From positions 3,265 to 67,264 of the forward strand of contig JAUYPX010000018.1 of the NCBI GenBank assembly GCA_030697505.1: a stretch of DNA of 64,000 nt. The letters are read 5' to 3'. The notes beneath the pieces are model-generated. The model was not told the DNA's origin. It saw nothing but the letters and a program-made list of their open reading frames with translations, and did not search any database. This document shows positions 9,284 to 18,881 of the stretch, piece by piece. The stretch is from Nanobdellota archaeon (GTDB lineage Archaea; Nanobdellota; Nanobdellia; Woesearchaeales; GW2011-AR9). The translations under genes were made by a program, and so were the position numbers. Positions within the stretch are counted from its first letter, which is position 1. Every line of letters begins with the position of its first letter.

Positions 9284-10468
9284 ATGAAGAAAAGTTTGGC
9301 GTATTCTATCCCCCTCTTGTTTACCGCCGCTTGCAGTGATCCTGCGCCAAAAGAAGGCAATAGCGCTTGCTTATTTCAACCTACAGAAAAAATATTGCAA
9401 CCCTATTATGAATTCTTATCTAAGAATGATAAGGTGATTTCTGGCGGAAACTTTTGTTCTTTTTCTCCAGAATTGTATCAACGGGTCTGGGACAAAATAC
9501 AAGAAGCGGAAGAGACAGGATTGCCGCCGGCAGCATCACTGCCGCAATCTTTCTACAAGATTGAAAAAGATCAAATCCAAATAACGGTGACTGCATCGGA
9601 AGCGCATGAAATCTATGCCGCTCATCTAGCTCATTCCTTATGGCGGGAAAAAAATAAAATGTTTCCCTGGAGTTTAACGGAATATACTCAAGACCAATTA
9701 GAAGATTTGCTGCAGCCAAAAGCATGGTTCAATAGCTGGGATGAACAAAAGAAAGAATATTCTTTTCGCCATCTTCTAGATTATTCTCCGAAAGAAACAT
9801 TTCAGATAGCCAATGAAAACGTCAGCTCTTTTTCTGACCAAAAAGCAGCTATGATAGATATCATAAAATCTGTCCGTTCTTTCCGGCACGGGATAGCTTT
9901 TTCGTATGATGGCGAAGGAAATCCTAATGATGATCATGATCCGCAGGAGATCGCAACCATGCAAACTATGCACGAAGAGAAAATCTCCCGGCACGGCTGC
10001 CAGACCATGTCCCCTTATATTGTACAACTGGCTAATGTATTGAATATTCCGGGAGAAACGATTCGAGGATATTACTTTGGAGCGAATCATCGTTCAGCCT
10101 TATTTGAATTTACTGATCAGGTGCTGGCCCATGGCGATGATGTCTACGGGGGGAATACGCCTTCTTCTGAATTGATGGATAGTTATAAATTCTGGGAAAA
10201 AGAAGTTCTATCATATCCAAAGGGGGATCCTACTGCAGCGCACAATAGCATGATTCACGAATATAAGATGGCTATAAAATATCCGGGGTGGGGCATATTT
10301 TATGGCTATTGCAGGAAAGGAGGAATGGGCTGGCTGATGAAGGCATTTATATTCGAAAAATTCGGACCTTTCGCCGCCATGGATGAGCTGAAGGATCTCG
10401 AGGCAAGAATCCAGGATATAACAAAAAATTGCACTACTGAGATCCCATTAGACCATCCAGACCAATGA
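9284..10468 (+). CDS. lipoprotein, hypothetical
   Basis: Signal peptide with Cys (LLFTAACSD); no catalytic motif recognised. Confidence 0.4.
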   Translation: MKKSLAYSIPLLFTAACSDPAPKEGNSACLFQPTEKILQPYYEFLSKNDKVISGGNFCSFSPELYQRVWDKIQEAEETGLPPAASLPQSFYKIEKDQIQITVTASEAHEIYAAHLAHSLWREKNKMFPWSLTEYTQDQLEDLLQPKAWFNSWDEQKKEYSFRHLLDYSPKETFQIANENVSSFSDQKAAMIDIIKSVRSFRHGIAFSYDGEGNPNDDHDPQEIATMQTMHEEKISRHGCQTMSPYIVQLANVLNIPGETIRGYYFGANHRSALFEFTDQVLAHGDDVYGGNTPSSELMDSYKFWEKEVLSYPKGDPTAAHNSMIHEYKMAIKYPGWGIFYGYCRKGGMGWLMKAFIFEKFGPFAAMDELKDLEARIQDITKNCTTEIPLDHPDQ

Positions 10469-10500
10469 TGTTAATTATCATTTAAAAAATTCAGAAATAA

Positions 10501-12327
10501 TTATCTTCTTAATCTCTTCCAATACTTTTTTATCTTCTGAAGTTTTATTTGAGATAAGACCAGCATCACCAGAACTCCAAGAATAAATCCTTGCAGCCGA
10601 TCATAGTTAATAGTTAATTTGTCAGATAGTTGTTGAGTAAAGGTTTTCTCTTCCGGAAAATAAATTCCCAAGTCGCTCATCTCTAAGGCATATTCCAAGT
10701 AGAACAACGAGGTTACCGGCTCTTGTTCTTTCAAAGAGGTGGCATACTGATAATATGAATATCCTAAAATAGGGAATTTGCCTTCGGCAGTATTTTCCGC
10801 AATGACACGTTTAACCGCGGTCATTTTACTCTGCAATACGTCAGCTAATTCGTCTTTTCCTAATCCTAAAGTGCTGAGCACAGCGTTAGCATCTCCTTTT
10901 GCCTGGATCGCTTTCATCAGGCAAAGCTCGTATTCATTTTTTTGTGAAGCATCTTTTGCTGCAGCAATTTTCTTGGCGATCGCCCCCACATTGCTTTCTC
11001 CAATAAAGAGACCTATGTACTGCTCCCGCTCTTCCGCTTCCTGGATTTTTTGCAGGCAAGACCGTTGCAGATGTTCTTTATCCAAGACTAATTTTTTTCC
11101 AGGCATAGAAAAGAATTGAGTCCAGGCTACCGCAGAGAAATACCGCTCTTCGCTATAACTCAAGATGCCGTATGCCTCTTCTTTCTTCTCTGTATCCCGG
11201 GGCATTTCTTTAAATTGGGCAAGCTGTTCCTTTACATCGTTAAGACGGTCTTTTACGATAATCAAAGTCTGTAGATCAGTGATTGTTTCTATTTTTTGTA
11301 AAGATACATTTTGTTCTAAGGATCGAACCCTATCTTCCAATCTCAAGAATTTATCCCAAAGCTTGGAAAGAGTCAGTTTTTTTTGGTTATAATAATGGGA
11401 ACGCAAGGCGATGCTGGCAGTAAAGCAATAACTGGCAGCAGAATAATAATCTTTCTGCAGAGTAGCATTATCCGCTTTTGCTTTTTGTTCTTCTATTCGT
11501 TGGGAAACATTTTCATCAAGCCGAAGGCCTTCTTGATATAATTCAAATTCTATCTTTTCTGCCCGGGTACAGAGGAGATCACGCAAATCACTCATGATCT
11601 GCGTATATTCTTTATCTTCTTCTACCTTTATCTCTTTTTGATTAAGATTTTTTCCAGTAAGATGAAAGACCACTTCGTCAAGATCGCTTACTTCCACCAC
11701 TTCGATATTGAGATTTTCTGCGGCATATTGAGTAAGATTGAGATATTTTTGTACAGAAGTATTATTGCTATTGCTTTGATTGCTGCGGTCAGTATTCGTT
11801 TCTGGCAGAGGCACAGCCGTCCCTTCTGCGATAAGCACCTTGGTAAGGCCTAAATGTGAAGCAGCTTCAATTTTTTCTTTGGTGCCGCCGACCGGGCCGA
11901 CAATGCCGCCAGAGTTGATCGTCCCGGTGATGGCAGTATCGCCATTATGATAGTCTAAATCTAACACCGCGATGGTGGTTAACGCTGCGATAGCGGCTCC
12001 GGCGGAAGGCCCGCCGATAATATTGGTTTGCGCTTTGATGGTATATATAAAATCATATTTCTGGCAGGGCAGCTTGTATTGATGACAGGCAATCTCTTTG
12101 GCAAATCGCGTCGAAATCTGAGTGTCCATTTTAGGGACAGGAAAAGTGTCCAGGAAAACTCTGCCTGATCCTTCTTTTAGTTCCAGGTAGAGATCAGCCC
12201 CGCTGCCGCTGAGCGTTCCATTGGGATTTTCCTGAACCGCCAACAGTTTAAGCGTGTATTGTTTCTGCGCTAAGGCCGAAGAGCTGAGAAGCAGTACTAG
12301 CAGTAAAAACCACCACATCTTTTTCAT
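10501..12327 (-). CDS. secreted S16-family (Lon proteolytic domain) serine peptidase
   Basis: N-terminal signal peptide. Lon catalytic Ser motif GGPSAGAAIA and the Lys-region GGTKEKIEAA....VLI, which parallels Lon GGLKEKLLAA...VLIP. A C-terminal TM helix is present. Confidence 0.6.
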   Translation of the reverse strand: MKKMWWFLLLVLLLSSSALAQKQYTLKLLAVQENPNGTLSGSGADLYLELKEGSGRVFLDTFPVPKMDTQISTRFAKEIACHQYKLPCQKYDFIYTIKAQTNIIGGPSAGAAIAALTTIAVLDLDYHNGDTAITGTINSGGIVGPVGGTKEKIEAASHLGLTKVLIAEGTAVPLPETNTDRSNQSNSNNTSVQKYLNLTQYAAENLNIEVVEVSDLDEVVFHLTGKNLNQKEIKVEEDKEYTQIMSDLRDLLCTRAEKIEFELYQEGLRLDENVSQRIEEQKAKADNATLQKDYYSAASYCFTASIALRSHYYNQKKLTLSKLWDKFLRLEDRVRSLEQNVSLQKIETITDLQTLIIVKDRLNDVKEQLAQFKEMPRDTEKKEEAYGILSYSEERYFSAVAWTQFFSMPGKKLVLDKEHLQRSCLQKIQEAEEREQYIGLFIGESNVGAIAKKIAAAKDASQKNEYELCLMKAIQAKGDANAVLSTLGLGKDELADVLQSKMTAVKRVIAENTAEGKFPILGYSYYQYATSLKEQEPVTSLFYLEYALEMSDLGIYFPEEKTFTQQLSDKLTINYDRLQGFILGVLVMLVLSQIKLQKIKKYWKRLRR

Positions 12328-12375
12328 AAAGGTAAGAAGAATTTTTAGGATTATAAAGGTTTTGGCTGGTACTAA

Positions 12376-12876
12376 TTACGGGCTTAGAATTTTTTCCAAG
12401 CCTAACTGTTTGAATTTTTCCGGATATTGTTTCTGGTACTGTTCGGCAAATTCATGCAATTCTTGCTGATAGAGTTTCTTTTCTGTTTCCAGAAGCTGGC
12501 CATGAGTGGAATCATTACTTTGAGTATTGAAAGTCCCTTCAACTCCGCCGATGCTGAACCAGGGTTTTTCTATTTTCACAGCATCCAGAATCCCGTCACG
12601 ATTGCTGTCACTATAGCGTCGATTGCCCCGACCAAAAGGATCGGTACGGTATAGGACAAGATCATTTCTGGCGTACGAAATCTCTATGCTGCTATGAGCA
12701 ATCCACCAGCCATCTTTCTTGTATAAGGTAAGTGTGTAAGGAGAATCCTCCATCACGTTAGTATGAGCAACAGAATTCCATAGCGCAGGACCACTCATAG
12801 TTATGGCGGCAGTGATGGTGCTTCCGATTAACATACGTTTATTTTCGGATACTACTTCGCGCAGCTTTTTGAACAT
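12376..12876 (-). CDS. hypothetical secreted protein
   Basis: ORF with an N-terminal hydrophobic segment. Confidence 0.3.
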   Translation of the reverse strand: MFKKLREVVSENKRMLIGSTITAAITMSGPALWNSVAHTNVMEDSPYTLTLYKKDGWWIAHSSIEISYARNDLVLYRTDPFGRGNRRYSDSNRDGILDAVKIEKPWFSIGGVEGTFNTQSNDSTHGQLLETEKKLYQQELHEFAEQYQKQYPEKFKQLGLEKILSP

Positions 12877-12939
12877 CAGAAGTACATGACTTGAAGAAGA
12901 TATAAGGATTCTGATTAAACAGTATAATAGTGAATATAC

Positions 12940-13392
12940 TTATTCTACCTTCTTAACCTTACCCATATCCTTATGCCAGACCTGCACTTTCTTTCCGGTC
13001 TTGGCATGCTGGAGCATCACTTTCTTGCCGGACATGATCACGTTATAGGTTTCGTCGTGATATTCGACCTGGTCGCCTTTCTTGAAAGGCACGGCCCGGA
13101 AGAGGACCGTTAAGCGATAGACCGGCTTGCCTTCCTTGCGGGTGAACAAAGTAGCGGTTACGACAAATTCTCCACCATATTTTTCCTGTAAGGTCTTACC
13201 TAGATTTTTAGTCAGATTAGCATTGCCCAGATAGTAGTCATGGCCGTTGGTGACCGGCTTTACTTTGGCTACAAAAATGTTCTTCTTTCCTATTTCTTTA
13301 TCCACAAAAACGATTATCTCATCTGTGACATTACGTAATTGTAAGATCGCCTCATAGTACTCGGAATGCTTGCCGTGGATCGGTTTGACCAT
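12940..13392 (-). CDS. hypothetical protein; its first 29 nt are duplicated at 14016-14044
   Basis: ORF MVKPIHGKHS... The start codon sits at the edge of a 29 bp direct repeat. Confidence 0.4.
   Translation of the reverse strand: MVKPIHGKHSEYYEAILQLRNVTDEIIVFVDKEIGKKNIFVAKVKPVTNGHDYYLGNANLTKNLGKTLQEKYGGEFVVTATLFTRKEGKPVYRLTVLFRAVPFKKGDQVEYHDETYNVIMSGKKVMLQHAKTGKKVQVWHKDMGKVKKVE
13364..13392. repeat. 29 bp perfect direct repeat, copy 1 (gaatgcttgccgtggatcggtttgaccat)
   Basis: Identical to 14016-14044. Together they flank a 623 bp two-gene cassette. Confidence 0.9.
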
Positions 13393-13407
13393 TTTTCGAG
13401 AGGATAA

Positions 13408-13722
13408 TTAGGCCGGTATGATCTTTATTCCATTGTCTTCTGGAATTATGGTTACTTTTTCGTCATTTCTGAAATGGTACCTCTCAACTAATTCTTTGGG
13501 AATTCTTACGCCTAAACTCAGGCCCCATTTGGAGAGCTTAGCATGATATTTTCTCATCTCCCTATAAACTTGAGCAACATCATGCAATTGTTTCATGTTG
13601 ACGATTTCCTCTCCGCACTTCTCGCACTTGAAATATTTATATTCAACACCTTCAGGCGTTTCGTCTACGAGCTCTGCCATTTTCCCATTACATTCAGCGC
13701 ATTTTTTCATGTTGGTTTTCAC
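13408..13722 (-). CDS. putative antitoxin: N-terminal CxxC..CxxC zinc ribbon fused to an AbrB/MazE-like swapped-hairpin domain
   Basis: CAECNGK...CEKCGE followed by LSLGVRIPKELVERYHF..EKVTIIPEDNGIKIIP, an AbrB/SpoVT fold signature. It overlaps the upstream DUF4258 ORF by 4 nt. Confidence 0.45.
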   Translation of the reverse strand: MKTNMKKCAECNGKMAELVDETPEGVEYKYFKCEKCGEEIVNMKQLHDVAQVYREMRKYHAKLSKWGLSLGVRIPKELVERYHFRNDEKVTIIPEDNGIKIIPA

Positions 13723-13949
13723 CTTTTTGTTTCGATAGTTATGATTTTTATTTTAACCCCGACAATTTCTCCGACACAGATCACTGTAAAGTTTTTGTAC
13801 TCCTTCTGAAACTTCAGGTTGTTTTTTCCAAAGCTCTGGATTTTGCCGCCTTTCAGCGTAGCTTCAATCATATCGGGAGTTACGCCGCGCTGCATGGCCC
13901 TGATGAAAGCGTGCCGCTTGAGTTCAATCTCGTACTTAGTCCTGTCCAT
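13719..13949 (-). CDS. DUF4258-family putative toxin
   Basis: HAxxRxxxRGV motif (HAFIRAMQRGV) and the length are typical of DUF4258. Confidence 0.45.
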   Translation of the reverse strand: MDRTKYEIELKRHAFIRAMQRGVTPDMIEATLKGGKIQSFGKNNLKFQKEYKNFTVICVGEIVGVKIKIITIETKR

Positions 13950-14015
13950 TCTTCTCCCTCAAACATATCAAATGATATCATAAGATATATTTAAATGTTT
14001 CTTGACAAAATATAA

Positions 14016-14044
14016 GAATGCTTGCCGTGGATCGGTTTGACCAT
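14016..14044. repeat. 29 bp perfect direct repeat, copy 2; encodes a truncated duplicate of the N-terminus (MVKPIHGKHS) of gene 12940..13392
   Basis: Exact match to 13364-13392. The downstream reading frame terminates after about 17 codons. Confidence 0.9.
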
Positions 14045-14102
14045 GGTTTGCTAGAAAGAGGGGAATATATTTTAAGGTTTCTGGGAAAAATTGAGTAAAG
14101 AT

Positions 14103-14110
14103 TTTTAAAG
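14103..14110 (+). promoter_or_regulatory. archaeal TATA-box-like element about 26 nt upstream of the ATG at 14132
   Basis: tttttaaa at the canonical -26 distance from the start codon, implying a leaderless transcript. Confidence 0.35.
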
Positions 14111-14131
14111 GATTACTAACCTAAACGTTTC

Positions 14132-14710
14132 ATGAACAGAAATCTAGATAATTTTGAAAAGTTTTGTAGATTAACTGATGAGGGCTTTGAGGCAGAAGGA
14201 GATTTTTATAAAAGTCTACATTCATTGCTCAAAGCTAATTCAATAGACGCAGCAATTAGAGAATTTCCTCAAATTGGTGGAGGAGCTTGTTATTCAATAG
14301 AAATACCAGACAAGAAAATAAAAGTATATGGATTCCTCTCTTATGATATTTCTTCTTCTTATTTTTTAGGGTTAGAAGATTTTGATAAACAAATTACAGA
14401 AGAACCAAATATAAGTGAATTAATTCGAAAAGCTTCTGATCCAAAAATAATTGATTTAGTAGCAAATAATGCTGAAAATTTTTGTATAGGCACTTATCGT
14501 AGTATTGATAATATCTTAATTGATCCTAAAAATAGTATTCCTCAAATTATGGCTTATCAACCTAAAACTAATTGGTTAAATATAACATACCAATTTTTAC
14601 AAAATAATTCTGTTGATGATATTGTTGAAGTAGTAGGAAATAAAATGGAAGAAATTAATAGTGGTTGGTTTAAAACAATTCGGAAATATGTTAAGAAACT
14701 TATTGGTTAA
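14132..14710 (+). CDS. hypothetical protein
   Basis: ORF with an upstream TATA-like element. Confidence 0.35.
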   Translation: MNRNLDNFEKFCRLTDEGFEAEGDFYKSLHSLLKANSIDAAIREFPQIGGGACYSIEIPDKKIKVYGFLSYDISSSYFLGLEDFDKQITEEPNISELIRKASDPKIIDLVANNAENFCIGTYRSIDNILIDPKNSIPQIMAYQPKTNWLNITYQFLQNNSVDDIVEVVGNKMEEINSGWFKTIRKYVKKLIG

Positions 14711-14718
14711 AATTTATC

Positions 14719-14916
14719 TCACTTCCTTCTCGTCCTTCCCTTCCCGCCAACTTTATACGGAGTGTATCTTCCTTTCTCTTTTTGAGAAGTCCGCTCTCCT
14801 ACGAATGTTCCTTCCACCAGCTCATCATAGCCGCAGCTTTTGCAAGTAAGGAACTGAATATCTTCCTTATGCACTATGACGTTGAAAGAGCCGCATTGGG
14901 GACATTTTGGCTTCAT
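14719..14916 (-). CDS. small zinc-ribbon protein with a basic C-terminus
   Basis: CPQCGS...CKSCGY plus a C-terminal KGRTRRK. Confidence 0.35.
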   Translation of the reverse strand: MKPKCPQCGSFNVIVHKEDIQFLTCKSCGYDELVEGTFVGERTSQKEKGRYTPYKVGGKGRTRRK

Positions 14917-15042
14917 GGGATTTAGGTAAACAATTATTCTTTAAAAAGATTCATAAAAATTTACTAAATTTTTAGACGTTTTTGCTCATAAAATTCACAA
15001 AAACATTCATAAACATTTTTAAATGCACTCTAGATATACTTT

Positions 15043-16211
15043 CTATGTTAACACCCGAAGCTAAAGCAGAACTAGAAAAGCAGCAATACCGTATCGTAGG
15101 CAGCCACAGCGCGGTGAAGACCTGCGGCTGGACTAAGAATATGATCAATGGCGAAGGAGGCTGTTACAAGTTGAAATTCTATGGTATCATGAGCAACCAA
15201 TGCATGCAGATGACGACTAGTATCAGCTGCGCCAATAGATGCACCTTCTGCTGGAGAGGATACAAAGCACCAGTTTCCAAGGAATGGAAGTGGTCTGTAG
15301 ATGAACCAGAGATGATTTTAGAAGAAAGTAAAAAAGCGCATCACAAATTGCTGATTGGGTTTAAAGGATCACCGGTAGCGAATAAAGCTGCCTATGAAAA
15401 ATCCACCCAGATCAGGCATGTGGCACTATCGTTGACGGGTGAACCGATCACCTATCCGAGGATGAATGAGTTGATCGACGGATTTCACAAAGATCATATC
15501 TCTACTTTTTTGGTCACTAACTCACAGTATCCAGAGCAGATCAAGAATCTAAAACCTATCACTCAATTATACTGCAGCGTGGATGCGCCGACCAAAGAGA
15601 TGCTCAAAGAAGTGGACAAGCCTTTATTTCTCGATTTCTGGGAAAGGATGATTCTAAGTTTGGATTATTTGGCGCAGAAAAAACAACGCACCTGTATCAG
15701 ATTAACCATGATCAAACACATCAATATGACCGCATTGGATCAGTACGCAGAATTAATTAAACGGGGAAGTCCTGATTTTCTGGAAGTGAAAGCATACATG
15801 CACGTCGGCCCGTCACAAGAAAGACTGAGCAAAGAGAATATGCCTTTGCATGAAGAAGTGATTGTATTTTCCAAAGAATTAGTACAACATCTGCCCGAGT
15901 ATGAGATCGTCTCAGAACATATCGCTTCCAGGGTAGTGATGTTTGCCAAGAAAAAATACAAAGTTGACGGTGTCTGGAAGACTTGGATTGATTTTCCTAA
16001 ATTTCACCAGCTCTATGATGAATATCTGAAAACTGGAACAGAATTCACTTCTGACGATTACCTGCTCAGAACACCGCAGGTAGGATTGAGCGGCAAAGGG
16101 ACATTATATCACATGCCGGAAGAGAAACGCAAGAAGTACCTGATAGAACACCCGGAAGCGCATGTCTTTGTGGATGAACAGACCCAGGAATTGAGTTTTT
16201 ATGAGGGGTAA
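15043..16211 (+). CDS. taw1: tRNA 4-demethylwyosine synthase (radical SAM, TYW1/Taw1 family)
   Basis: Radical-SAM CxxxCxxC (CANRCTFC), upstream Cys cluster (KTCGW...GGCYK), LSLTGEPITYP and CSVDAP blocks typical of TYW1. Start chosen at the Met 25 nt after a TATA-like box (15015-15025); the ORF could extend to 14982. Confidence 0.7.
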
Positions 16212-16213
16212 AG

Positions 16214-16221
16214 TTTATAAA
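16214..16221 (+). promoter_or_regulatory. archaeal BRE/TATA element (aaag tttataaa) about 26 nt upstream of the ATG at 16244
   Basis: Canonical TATA at -26 with an A-rich BRE-like sequence upstream; supports archaeal transcription signals. Confidence 0.4.
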
Positions 16222-16243
16222 TATAGCCACTTATATACTTACT

Positions 16244-16468
16244 ATGGCAACCACCATACAAGTCAGCAGGGATCTATTAGAAACTCTACAGAAAAGAAAG
16301 CTCTACAATAAAGAAAGCTATGAAGAAGTGATCTGGGATTTAGTAGAGGATTCTATGGAATTAAGCGAAGAGACCAAACGAGACATTGAGAAAGCGCGCG
16401 CAGAGATTAAAGCTGGAAAATTCTACACTCACGAACAAGTTAAAAAGAGGCTTGGCTTGAAAGTTTAA
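16244..16468 (+). CDS. putative antitoxin partner of the RelE/ParE toxin
   Basis: Small acidic protein immediately upstream (13 nt) of the RelE-like ORF. Confidence 0.45.
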   Translation: MATTIQVSRDLLETLQKRKLYNKESYEEVIWDLVEDSMELSEETKRDIEKARAEIKAGKFYTHEQVKKRLGLKV

Positions 16469-16480
16469 GAGAGTGATTTT

Positions 16481-16738
16481 GTGTATACTTTAATTTATTC
16501 TGAAAAGGCAGATAAACAATTGGGAAAGCTGCCCAGTGATATTAGAGAAAGAATAATCATTGCTTTAGAAAGGCTACGAATACGCCCTGAATCGTGCGAT
16601 ATCAAAAAACTAGTAGGTGTGGCAGGATATAGATTTAGGGTTGGTGATTATAGGATTATCTTTGATAAGGAAGAAGAAAAATTACTTATCTTTGTTATTA
16701 AAGTAGGACATCGAAAGAATATTTATGATAATTATTGA
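16481..16738 (+). CDS. RelE/ParE-family type II toxin
   Basis: YRFRVGDYRIIF...LLIFVIKVGHRKNIY matches the RelE/ParE core. Confidence 0.6.
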   Translation: MYTLIYSEKADKQLGKLPSDIRERIIIALERLRIRPESCDIKKLVGVAGYRFRVGDYRIIFDKEEEKLLIFVIKVGHRKNIYDNY

Positions 16739-16811
16739 GTTTTTATGAAGGGTAAATAAGACTGAAAAACAGTGCAAAACCTTTATAAAACCCCTCTTTC
16801 TTTAGCCAGAT

Positions 16812-17012
16812 ATGATGGTCTTAAGCAAGGAAGAAAAAGCAGTATTGAGGATATTGGTAGAGAAAGAGCTCCATCACGTCAAGAAAGATGACCAGGGTTT
16901 CTTGATCAGCAATGCGCCTTTTCTTGGAAAGTCCGATGATCCAGATTTACCTTTTTTGAAGAGCTTAAGATTATATAAGGATTTCTTAGAACAGTTGAAG
17001 AAGAAATTGTAA
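16812..17012 (+). CDS. small hypothetical protein upstream of pfdA
   Basis: ORF only; it sits where archaea often encode a small ribosomal or assembly protein. Confidence 0.3.
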   Translation: MMVLSKEEKAVLRILVEKELHHVKKDDQGFLISNAPFLGKSDDPDLPFLKSLRLYKDFLEQLKKKL

Positions 17013-17014
17013 CC

Positions 17015-17422
17015 ATGGCGGAAGAGAAGAATGTTGAAGACAAGTACATGCAGCTCCAACTATTGCAGCAGCAGGCAGAGCAGATTGCAGAGTATCTGGA
17101 GAAGCTTCAGCTGCAGCAAAAAGAGCTTGATAATTCCTTAGAAGCGCTTACGGAACTGCAAAAAATCAAAGTAAATACGGAGATTTTAGCCCCGATCGCA
17201 AATGGCCTATTTCTGAAAGCAGAACTGAAAGACAATCAGAGATTAGTGGTCAATGTCGGAGCAGAAGCTACGGTAGAGAAAACCATTCCCGAAGTGATCA
17301 GCTTATTGCAAGAGCAAAAAGAAAAAATAACTGAAAATATTTCTGAAGCGGAAGGTGTCCTTCAGGAATTGCATGAACAGGGACGCAGAATGTATCAAGA
17401 GACTAGCGAGGCTGCAGAATAA
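17015..17422 (+). CDS. pfdA: prefoldin alpha subunit
   Basis: Coiled coil, two beta hairpins (ILAPIANGLFLKAEL..DNQRLVVNVGAEATVEKT), coiled coil. The conserved archaeal pfdA-ftsY adjacency is present. Confidence 0.65.
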   Translation: MAEEKNVEDKYMQLQLLQQQAEQIAEYLEKLQLQQKELDNSLEALTELQKIKVNTEILAPIANGLFLKAELKDNQRLVVNVGAEATVEKTIPEVISLLQEQKEKITENISEAEGVLQELHEQGRRMYQETSEAAE

Positions 17423-17424
17423 AA

Positions 17425-18777
17425 ATGTTTGGAAAATTAAAAGAAAAACTGAAGCAGGCAGTATCTATCTTCTCCCAGAAGACTGAAGAAGAGGCAGTCG
17501 AGGCTCCTGTTGAAAAAAAGGTTGAAGAGAAAAAACCAGAGAAGAAAGTTGAGAAAAAAAGTACCAAGCAGGATAAAACAAAAAAAGGGAAAAAGCCAAA
17601 GAAAGAAAGAAAAGAACGATCTCAGAAAGAAAAAAAAGCAGAAAAGAAGGAAAAAGAAGCAGCTGCTACAGAAATAATAACAGAAGAGATCAAAGAGGAA
17701 TCAGAAAAAACTCCGGCAGAGACGAAAGAGACGGTAACTGAAGAACCATCTGAAAAGAAATCATTCTTTAAGAGATTATTTGGCAAGAAAGAAGAAGCAA
17801 CTGGAGAAGCTAAGGAAGAAACTAAAGAAAAGGAAAAAGAAGAGACCATAGAGAAAGCACAAAGAAGCAAAGCTTCCAGTGCCTCGAAAGCAGAGCCTTC
17901 TGCGGATTCTTTCTTTGGCAAGATCAAAACTTCGTTGACCACCAAGAAGATTTCCGCAGAGAAATTTGAAGAGTTATTCTGGGAGTTAGAGCTTATCTTA
18001 TTGGAGAATAATGTTTCTGTAGAAGTGATCGAGAAGATCAAAGATGATCTGAAAACAGAATTGGTTGACAAGCCCTTGCCCCGAGATGTTCCTACAAAAA
18101 TCGAAGAGACCCTGAAACGGACCTTGACAGAAATCTTATCATTTGAACGAATCGATTTATTGCAAAAAGTACAGGGAAAAGATGGCCCTTATGTGATCGC
18201 TTTCTTCGGCATCAATGGAACCGGGAAGACTACCTCCATCGCTAAACTGGCGCATTATTTTCAGAAGCATAAATTATCCGTCGTTCTGGCCGCCTGCGAC
18301 ACCTTTAGAGCTGCGGCAATCCAGCAGCTGGAAGAGCATGCTGACAAACTGGGAGTAAAAATAATCAAGCATGATTATGGCGCCGATGCGGCCGCGGTAG
18401 CTTTTGACGCAGTTAAGTACGCAGAAAAGAATAATATCAAAGTAGTGCTGTTAGATACCGCGGGAAGATTACATTCTAATGCCAATCTGATGCAGGAATT
18501 GGAAAAGATAATGCGGGTGGCCAAACCCGATTTCAAGATTTTCGTAGGAGAGAGCATCACCGGAAATGACTGCATCGAGCAGGCTAAGCAGTTCAATAAG
18601 CTAGTGGAAATGGACGGCGCGATCTTGACCAAAGCCGATGTAGATGAAAAGGGCGGGGCACCGTTATCTATTTCCTATACCATCAAGAAACCGATCTTGT
18701 TCTTAGGAGTAGGGCAGAGATATGAAGATTTGGAAGAATTTGATGCTGAAAAGATTCTTGCCAGATTAGGCTTTTGA
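17425..18777 (+). CDS. ftsY: signal recognition particle receptor FtsY with a long K/E-rich low-complexity N-terminal extension
   Basis: NG domain with GINGTGKTTSIAKLA (G1), DTAGR (G3) and TKAD (G4). The N-terminal ~160 aa is a KE-rich repeat (17440-17900). Confidence 0.85.
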   Translation: MFGKLKEKLKQAVSIFSQKTEEEAVEAPVEKKVEEKKPEKKVEKKSTKQDKTKKGKKPKKERKERSQKEKKAEKKEKEAAATEIITEEIKEESEKTPAETKETVTEEPSEKKSFFKRLFGKKEEATGEAKEETKEKEKEETIEKAQRSKASSASKAEPSADSFFGKIKTSLTTKKISAEKFEELFWELELILLENNVSVEVIEKIKDDLKTELVDKPLPRDVPTKIEETLKRTLTEILSFERIDLLQKVQGKDGPYVIAFFGINGTGKTTSIAKLAHYFQKHKLSVVLAACDTFRAAAIQQLEEHADKLGVKIIKHDYGADAAAVAFDAVKYAEKNNIKVVLLDTAGRLHSNANLMQELEKIMRVAKPDFKIFVGESITGNDCIEQAKQFNKLVEMDGAILTKADVDEKGGAPLSISYTIKKPILFLGVGQRYEDLEEFDAEKILARLGF

Positions 18778-18881
18778 CCTGAACTTTATTGATGAACAGT
18801 ATAGGCGGATATAGAAGGGATATACATAAGATTTAACTATCGTCTAGCCATTACTGGCCCAAATACTTTTGAAGATACACC

